From an uncultured Erysipelotrichaceae bacterium (GTDB taxonomy: Bacteria > Bacillota_I > Bacilli_A > RFN20 > CAG-826): 64,000 bases of DNA. A program made the translations under genes and the position numbers. The notes beneath the pieces were generated by a model, which saw nothing but the letters and a program-made list of their open reading frames with translations, searched no databases and had not been told where the DNA came from. The stretch spans positions 21,828-85,827 of the forward strand of contig OMWW01000006.1 in assembly GCA_900314865.1 (NCBI GenBank). The letters run 5' to 3'. Below, in pieces: positions 57,270 through 64,000 of this stretch (position 1 is the first letter of the stretch; every line of letters begins with the position of its first letter).

Positions 57270-60200
57270 ATGGAATTATTTAGTAGTAAAGCGAAAAGAA
57301 AATTATTTGGTTATTCGTTTTTGGGTATCTTTGTTACCACAATTCTTGGATTAGTTATTGATCAAATTAATCCATTATCACACATTGCCGCCAAAGCTAG
57401 AGCTAACAACGATTATTCGATTACTCTAGATTCTAAAAATCAAGTTACATCGAGCGGTAATCATGTACAACAAACAAAGAAAGGGAACAATGTAACTTTC
57501 ACGTATGCTGGAGTTAATAGTTCCACTAGCGGACATGTCACTTTAAATAACGGTGGCACAATTGTTAATAAAGATCAAATTACCTCTCTTGAAGCTGTTA
57601 CTGCAGTATTTAGTGGGACTGGTACATTAAAAGCTCGTTTAGCATATGTTACCGAAACATATAGTGATTATTTCCAATTATCTTCCGGCAATAGAGTAGA
57701 AACCGGATCTCATCCATATTATATTGAACTTAAAGCTGAGGGTGGCAGTGTTAATATTACCTCAGTTGTTTATCAATTTACCTGTGCAGTCAATCCTGAC
57801 GCTCAACCACAAGAAACAAGTGGTTCTTATGAGATTACGTTTGCAACAAATAGTAATGACAGTGGTACTAACATCGGTTCTTCGTCCTCTAGTATCATAG
57901 CCCAAGTCGCTTCTGGTTCTAACTATATTTCTAGTTTTAGCGATGGAGATAGAATCTACGCTGGTAAGAGTGGACTTAAATTTGGTGCTAGTGGTGGTCC
58001 AGGTTCTGTGACTATTAATTTTAACTCATCAAATGTTCAACAAGAAATCACAACAGTTGCTGTTAGCACTGCACAATATGGTTCTGATTCTGGAAAATTC
58101 AATGTTTATGTGAATGGTTCCAGTGATTATACACAAATTACACCAAGCGCAGGTGGCAGTGTTGCTGTTAATGGTTCACTTACATCTTTAACTATTGAAA
58201 CAACAACCAAACGTGCTTATTTATGTGGTTTAACCTTGAATTACGGTGGCTCTTCCGATCCTGGCGCGCCAGTAAATCCAAGTGCTTATGAAGTTGGTTT
58301 TACTGCGGATGACGCAAACAGGAATTCTTATACAACTAATTCTATTTTTGATAACGAAAGCTCAATTACTGTTAATGTTATAAAATCTGATTCAACATCA
58401 TCTCCAACCACTGACTTTGATTATGAAGTCCTTGACCCTCTCAATAACAATGTTGCTATAGATACATCAGCAAAATTCCCACATGCTGGCACTTATACTT
58501 TGGTTGTTTCTTATGGTAACTACATTCCTCAAGAAATCTCCTTAAATGTTGGTGAATACGTTTATGTGGTCGATGTTACTGCTTCTATGGAGAAAGTATC
58601 ATTTAATACTGCTGATATTTTAAGCAATTATTTAGATGGCTCATTGACCGCTCATGTTCAATATAGCAACGATACCGAAAGTGATAGTATAGCTTATGAA
58701 GATTTTACTGAAAACGGTATTGCTATTAAATTATTGAATCCTAAAGGTATTACCTATGATGAGAAAAATCCATTTGGTACTGCCGGAACATGGAAACTTG
58801 TCGTTTATGCGATTGATGATGAAGACAATATAAAATATGAAATTTCATTAACTGTCAGTGTGATCCCTGTCGTTTCTATTTCTTTGGATCATTCTGCTGA
58901 AACACTTTATCCTGAAGAACAATTACAATTAACCGCTGATGTTAGTGGACAAGGTGGTTACACCCCAACCAATCAAAATGTTGTTTGGTCAAGTAATGAT
59001 GAAAGTGTTGCTACAGTTAGTGAAAGTGGTTTAGTAACCGCTGTTGCTGTTGGTGGAACAACAATCTTCGCAACTGCTCAGGATGGCACTGGAGTTTATG
59101 GCTCATGTACAATTACTGTTGTTGCTGCTCCAGCATCTACTGATTATGACATTGACGCTACTACAACAACTCAAGTCACTACAAATAGTACAAGTTCTGT
59201 TGTTTTTACTAATGGTCCTGTCACAGTGACTATTGCTAAGAGCAGTTCTTCTACCAATGCTAATAATTATGTTGCTAGTGGAAATAACAAACACACTAGA
59301 GCGTATTCTGGACAAAGATTTACAATTTCTGCTGGTGGTAACACTATCAGCCAAATCGTTATCCATGGTACAAGCGATAAAGGTGTAAATGGATTTACTT
59401 CTCCAACTTGGACTAATGCTTCTAAATCTTCTAGTGGTAACGAAGTTACCTTAACTCCAACTGATCCAGAAAGTGATGTCTATTGTATTGTCAGCGGTAC
59501 TGTTAGCTTCTCTGGTGTTACTGTTGTTTGTGGAGATGGAGGTAGCTCATCTAGCCCTGTTTATCCAACATCAATTTCCTTAAGTGGAACTAATACAATT
59601 TCAATTGGAAGTACAACTCAACTCGAAGTTAATTACAATCCTAACAATACAAATGTTAAAAATGTTACTTGGACAAGTAGCGCTGAATCAATTGCCACTG
59701 TTTCGAACGCTGGCTTGGTTACTGGTGTTACCCAAGGTAGCGTAACTATTACCGCTACTGCTCAAACTGAAAGTGGAACAACACAAGCGACCTTTACAGT
59801 CACTGTTACTCCAATCGCGGTTACAAGCGTTTCTCTTAGCTCTAATAGCGAAACTATCAAAGCTGGTAAAACTGTTACTTTAATTCCAACTATTAGCCCA
59901 AGTAATGCCACAAATAAAAACGTCACTTGGTCAACAAGTAATGATCAAATTGCCACTGTCTCAGATTCCGGTGTTGTTAATGGTGTTAGCGAAGGTACTG
60001 CTACAATTACTGTAACCACTGTTGATGGAAGCAAAACAGCAACATGTACAGTCGCTGTTAACGCTGCTCAAGGTGGAGAAGAAACACTCTCAATTACATA
60101 TAGTGATTTACCATCTACATATCAAACCGGTAGTACTGTTTATACTGCTAATAGTGGAATTAAATTCCAAGCCTATAACTGTGCTAACTATTCAAGTAAA

Positions 60201-61868
60201 ATGCAATTTAAGGCTTCAAGTGGTTACTTACAATCTACTGAAGAACTAGAATTACAGTCCTTAACAATTAATGACCGCGAATCTAATACATTGACTGTTT
60301 ACGGCAGTAATACCGCTGGTAGTTTCTCTACATCAATTACTGGAGAAAATGATGTTTATGATTTGACTGGATATAGTTACTTCAAGATTGCTCGTACTGC
60401 AAGCGGAGCGGCATATTGTAGTAGCATTACAGTTACGACTGGTACTCCAACTCCAACCGATCCAACCAGCATCATTCTTTCACCTTCTAGTGTTGAACTT
60501 GCTCCTAATGGAACTAAACAATTAAGTGTTTCTTATGTCCCAAGTAACTCTAACCAAAATAAAGAAGTTACTTGGACAAGTAGTAATACCAATGTTGCTA
60601 CTGTTAGTAGCGACGGTCTTGTCTCGGTTAAATCAACTGCTAGTGCAGGACAAAGCGCAACAATTACTGCTAGATTAACAAACTTAACTTCAATTTATGC
60701 GACATGTAGCGTGTCAGTCGTTGAACAATCCAAAGATGATCACACAGTACTTATTTATATGTGTGGTGCTGACCTTGAAAGTGAGAACCACTTAGCCACT
60801 GGTGATATTCAAGAAATCTTAAAGGTTTCTGGTCAGCCAGAAGATGTTAATATCGTTCTTGAAACTGGTGGTGCAAACTCATGGGCTAGCACATATGGCA
60901 TTAGTTCAACTTACCTTGAAAGATACCATGTTGAAAATAAATCGTTAGTCCGAGATAATCAATTAACATATGCTTCAATGGGCTTAACAAGCACACTTCA
61001 AAGTTTCATTGAGTATGGTTTAAATAATTACCCTGCCGAAAGAACCGGCCTTGTCTTCTGGAACCATGGTGGTGGTATGAGAGGTGTCTGTTATGACGAA
61101 AAGAAGAACGACGATGTTCTCAAGAACAGCGAAATTAGATCTGCTGTTAGTGGTGCCTTATCTAACTGCGGTATGTCTGGTCAAAAACTTGAATGGGTTG
61201 GCTATGACGCTTGCTTAATGGCGGTTCAAGATATCGCTGTCACAAACGCTGATTACTTCAACTACATGATTGCTTCTGAAGAATCTGAAGCCGGTTATGG
61301 TTGGGATTATGACAACTGGGTTGATGATTTATACGCAAAGAAAACCACCACCACAATCTTAAAAGCAATCGTTGATAGCTTTATCTCTGATAATGGTGGC
61401 GCATCATCTACTAGTGGAGATCAAACCTTATCTTATATGAATCTCTCTTATGCTGCTGCTTATAGGACTGCTTGGGAGAATTTAGCTGCTCAACTTAATA
61501 GCGTTGTCACTACAAGCAAAAAATCCTCATTTAATAGCGCGATTACAAGTAATGTTAAACATTACGCGGATAGTGATTATGATTACTTCTGTACATTCGA
61601 TGCTTGGGACTTTGTTGATAAGCTAGCTAGTAATAGTGCTTTCTCTAACTTCAGAGTTGATTCATCTTACATTACTGCTGTGAAGAACGCGCACGCTAAT
61701 TTAGTAGCGTATAATCTTGCTCAAAAAGGTGCAGGCGTATCTAAGGGCCTATGTATGTATTGGCCAAACAGCTCTCAATATAGTGATATCAGTACTTATT
61801 ACACAACAAGCGAAACAACGCTTACAACCTGGCGTAGTTTCTGTGTTAATAAGGGCACACACGCTTAA
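57270..61868 (+). CDS. Secreted Ig-repeat protein with C-terminal clostripain (peptidase C11) domain
   Basis: Four Big_2-like repeats (VxWxSS..ATVS..GxV). VLIYMCGADLES, FWNHGGG and GYDACLM give the His/Cys dyad. Confidence 0.9.
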   Translation: MELFSSKAKRKLFGYSFLGIFVTTILGLVIDQINPLSHIAAKARANNDYSITLDSKNQVTSSGNHVQQTKKGNNVTFTYAGVNSSTSGHVTLNNGGTIVNKDQITSLEAVTAVFSGTGTLKARLAYVTETYSDYFQLSSGNRVETGSHPYYIELKAEGGSVNITSVVYQFTCAVNPDAQPQETSGSYEITFATNSNDSGTNIGSSSSSIIAQVASGSNYISSFSDGDRIYAGKSGLKFGASGGPGSVTINFNSSNVQQEITTVAVSTAQYGSDSGKFNVYVNGSSDYTQITPSAGGSVAVNGSLTSLTIETTTKRAYLCGLTLNYGGSSDPGAPVNPSAYEVGFTADDANRNSYTTNSIFDNESSITVNVIKSDSTSSPTTDFDYEVLDPLNNNVAIDTSAKFPHAGTYTLVVSYGNYIPQEISLNVGEYVYVVDVTASMEKVSFNTADILSNYLDGSLTAHVQYSNDTESDSIAYEDFTENGIAIKLLNPKGITYDEKNPFGTAGTWKLVVYAIDDEDNIKYEISLTVSVIPVVSISLDHSAETLYPEEQLQLTADVSGQGGYTPTNQNVVWSSNDESVATVSESGLVTAVAVGGTTIFATAQDGTGVYGSCTITVVAAPASTDYDIDATTTTQVTTNSTSSVVFTNGPVTVTIAKSSSSTNANNYVASGNNKHTRAYSGQRFTISAGGNTISQIVIHGTSDKGVNGFTSPTWTNASKSSSGNEVTLTPTDPESDVYCIVSGTVSFSGVTVVCGDGGSSSSPVYPTSISLSGTNTISIGSTTQLEVNYNPNNTNVKNVTWTSSAESIATVSNAGLVTGVTQGSVTITATAQTESGTTQATFTVTVTPIAVTSVSLSSNSETIKAGKTVTLIPTISPSNATNKNVTWSTSNDQIATVSDSGVVNGVSEGTATITVTTVDGSKTATCTVAVNAAQGGEETLSITYSDLPSTYQTGSTVYTANSGIKFQAYNCANYSSKMQFKASSGYLQSTEELELQSLTINDRESNTLTVYGSNTAGSFSTSITGENDVYDLTGYSYFKIARTASGAAYCSSITVTTGTPTPTDPTSIILSPSSVELAPNGTKQLSVSYVPSNSNQNKEVTWTSSNTNVATVSSDGLVSVKSTASAGQSATITARLTNLTSIYATCSVSVVEQSKDDHTVLIYMCGADLESENHLATGDIQEILKVSGQPEDVNIVLETGGANSWASTYGISSTYLERYHVENKSLVRDNQLTYASMGLTSTLQSFIEYGLNNYPAERTGLVFWNHGGGMRGVCYDEKKNDDVLKNSEIRSAVSGALSNCGMSGQKLEWVGYDACLMAVQDIAVTNADYFNYMIASEESEAGYGWDYDNWVDDLYAKKTTTTILKAIVDSFISDNGGASSTSGDQTLSYMNLSYAAAYRTAWENLAAQLNSVVTTSKKSSFNSAITSNVKHYADSDYDYFCTFDAWDFVDKLASNSAFSNFRVDSSYITAVKNAHANLVAYNLAQKGAGVSKGLCMYWPNSSQYSDISTYYTTSETTLTTWRSFCVNKGTHA

Positions 61869-61873
61869 ACATT

Positions 61874-61896
61874 AAGGATGATTTTGTCATCCTTTT
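61874..61896 (+). terminator. Probable intrinsic terminator
   Basis: AAGGATGA-TTTTG-TCATCCTT followed by TT. Confidence 0.6.
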
Positions 61897-61919
61897 GTCT
61901 ATTTAGGATTTAAACATAT

Positions 61920-64000
61920 ATGAAAAAACATGGATTAATTCTTTCAATATTAACCGCAACTAGTTTCGTCTTTTCATTATGCTTTATCAATAAAACAAAT
62001 TCGCGAACTAATATCGATAGTGAAAGCGCTCAATTTGCTCCTCCTGGAATGGTAGCGTATGCCGCAAGTTATAGCGATTCTGCTACTAGTGAACCTCAAT
62101 ATAACACTCAAAATAATAAAACTTTTCAATATCTAAATTTAGGAGACACTTTATCTTATTATCGTGGTGATTCTGTTAAAGTTGGAATCATTGATTCAGG
62201 TATTAATTATGATCATGAAGATTTTATGGTAAATAGCTCCACTAAAGTTAAAGGTGATTCCAAATATTATGAATATCAGACTAGTTCTTGGGTTTATTAC
62301 AAAGCAAGTCAACATGGATATAGTTATATCGACGATTCGTTAGGACATGGCACGAATGTTGCCGCAACTGTAGCCGCTGCAATTAATAGTGTTGGTGGTA
62401 CAGGTTTAGCTCCTAATGTTGAACTATATGTTTACAAAGTAACTAATTCCAGTAACGGCTATGAATTTGGCGCGATTCAAAACGCTTTGATGGACGCGCA
62501 AAGCTTAGGAATTAAAGTTATTAACATGTCATTTCAAAGTTATGAACACGCAGTTACTTATAATAGCAGCACTATGGGTGCATCATCTGGATGTTCTACT
62601 ACATTATCTTATTATTTAAACCAAGCTTATAACGCTGGAATCACTCTTGTAGGAGCGGCAGGAAATTATAATACTGACGAACCTTCTTATCCTGGTAGTA
62701 ATAACCATGTTATTAATGTTGGATCTTTAAGTAGTGATGGAACCACTAAAGCTCCATTTTCAAACTATGGATCTACAATTGATTTAGTTGCTCCTGGTTA
62801 TGTTCATGTCGCTGATAAAGAAACAAATAGTTCTTATAAAGATACTTCGGGCACATCTTTTAGTGCTCCTTTAGTAACGGCAGCAATTGCTTTATATTTA
62901 CAACAGAATCCAAGTGCAACACCAAGTCAAATTGAATCAGCCTTGTATGCTTCTTGTGATCCAATTGATGATAGCGAGTCACAATACACAAATTGGGCTG
63001 GTAATGGTGCCTTGAACGTCGCTAGATTTTTAAATATCCCTGAAGATGATTCTCCAACCGATATCGTTATTAATAATCCAGAAGTTCTAAATGAGGAGCT
63101 TGAATTAGAAGTAGGAGGTACGTTTGATCTAGATTGGACAGTTAATGGAGTTGGTACTTTTGATGACTCTGTAGATATATATTTATTAGATGATAATGGA
63201 ACTCTATCTGTTGATGAAAATGGAAGAATTACCGCGCTTAGCACGGGTTCTGATTACGTTGTCATTGAATCGACTGTCGCTAGTAACGTCTATGCATCTT
63301 TATATGTTACTGTTACATCTTCAGGAGGTGGCTCTTCAGTTACTAGTGTCACAGTTTCACCTTCATTATTAAATCTAGATTTAAATGGAAGCACTACTGG
63401 TAATTTATCTGCTACTGTTAATGGAACAGGAAGTGTTAGTCAAACTGTTACCTGGAGTAGTAGTGATACAAGTGTAGCAACTGTAAGTGCTTTAGGCGTT
63501 GTTACCGCTAAGGCGGTTGGTAATGCCACAATTACTGCGCAGTCTACTCAAGATACATCTGTTACTGGAACATGTTCAGTTACCGTTAGTGATAGCACGG
63601 TTCATGTTAGTAGCGTTTCTTTAAATAAAAATGCTACCGAATTATTAGTTGGCTCAACCGAAGCTTTAACTGCAACTGTTTTACCAAACAATGCTACTAA
63701 TAAAAGTGTTACCTGGACTAGTAGTAACACCAGTGTAGCAACAGTATCTAATGGAACAATTACAGCAGTAGCAACTGGCAATGCCACAATTACAGTAACT
63801 ACAGTTGATGGTAGTAAAACTACAACTTGTGTAGTTACTGTTACTTCTAATGAAAAAACATTGACTATTACGAGAAGTTCATTTTCAACTAGTGGTGGAT
63901 ATGCTTGGTATGATTGGTCTCAAGCAACAAGCGATAGTAGCGCCACTATAAGTGGTAAGGGAGAATTATATACAACTACCACATCATCTATGCAATTTAA
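61920..64000 (+). CDS. Secreted S8 subtilase with Big_2 Ig-like repeats; runs off the window (absent from the ORF track)
   Basis: Manual translation from ATG 61920: signal peptide, VGIIDSG, GHGTNVA, GAAGN and SGTSFSAP; frame open to base 64000. Confidence 0.9.
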   Translation, partial: MKKHGLILSILTATSFVFSLCFINKTNSRTNIDSESAQFAPPGMVAYAASYSDSATSEPQYNTQNNKTFQYLNLGDTLSYYRGDSVKVGIIDSGINYDHEDFMVNSSTKVKGDSKYYEYQTSSWVYYKASQHGYSYIDDSLGHGTNVAATVAAAINSVGGTGLAPNVELYVYKVTNSSNGYEFGAIQNALMDAQSLGIKVINMSFQSYEHAVTYNSSTMGASSGCSTTLSYYLNQAYNAGITLVGAAGNYNTDEPSYPGSNNHVINVGSLSSDGTTKAPFSNYGSTIDLVAPGYVHVADKETNSSYKDTSGTSFSAPLVTAAIALYLQQNPSATPSQIESALYASCDPIDDSESQYTNWAGNGALNVARFLNIPEDDSPTDIVINNPEVLNEELELEVGGTFDLDWTVNGVGTFDDSVDIYLLDDNGTLSVDENGRITALSTGSDYVVIESTVASNVYASLYVTVTSSGGGSSVTSVTVSPSLLNLDLNGSTTGNLSATVNGTGSVSQTVTWSSSDTSVATVSALGVVTAKAVGNATITAQSTQDTSVTGTCSVTVSDSTVHVSSVSLNKNATELLVGSTEALTATVLPNNATNKSVTWTSSNTSVATVSNGTITAVATGNATITVTTVDGSKTTTCVVTVTSNEKTLTITRSSFSTSGGYAWYDWSQATSDSSATISGKGELYTTTTSSMQF

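Noticed and set aside
24698-63787. Many 60-127 aa antisense or alternative-frame ORFs in the track
   Set aside because: All lie inside well-supported genes or the riboswitch and have shadow-ORF composition.
15019-64000. Whole genome uses genetic code 4
   Set aside because: Long Trp-containing core ORFs are complete under code 11 with no in-frame TGA.

Overview
AT-rich chromosomal segment from a low-GC Bacilli/Mollicutes-related organism. The lineage is inferred from gene content and resembles uncultured gut/rumen RFN20/RF39-type Bacilli. Standard code 11 fits the core genes. (1) About 1-15000 is an accessory, defence-island-like mosaic, apparently embedded in a decayed polysaccharide locus. 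It carries MBL-fold hydrolase, HNH, KAP NTPase, ApeA-like HEPN, AAA ATPase, PIN-like/2TM and DUF4760-like genes, a GHKL ATPase-nuclease with one in-frame TGA at a probable Trp position, an array of 17-bp direct repeats, and a tRNA-Ser-like gene that is intact except for its anticodon arm and 3' end. (2) About 15000-38250 is mostly housekeeping: glycosyl/acyltransferases, a DedA-PlsC fusion, recX, yhaM, an HTH-DUF3990 TA-like pair, hit, two very large lipoproteins (one PrsA-like), sufCDSUB-mnmG-rsmG, FMN riboswitch-ribU, ferredoxin and ispD/tarI. (3) About 38400-64000 is a peptide/nucleic-acid scavenging cluster: lactocepin-like S8 protease, an oversized Opp transporter, and Ig-repeat surface nuclease, clostripain and subtilase. 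The best candidates for something new are the two-gene + anticodon-altered tRNA-Ser unit (2649-3756) and the TGA-interrupted GHKL-nuclease. All family calls are from motif recognition by eye; no searches were run.
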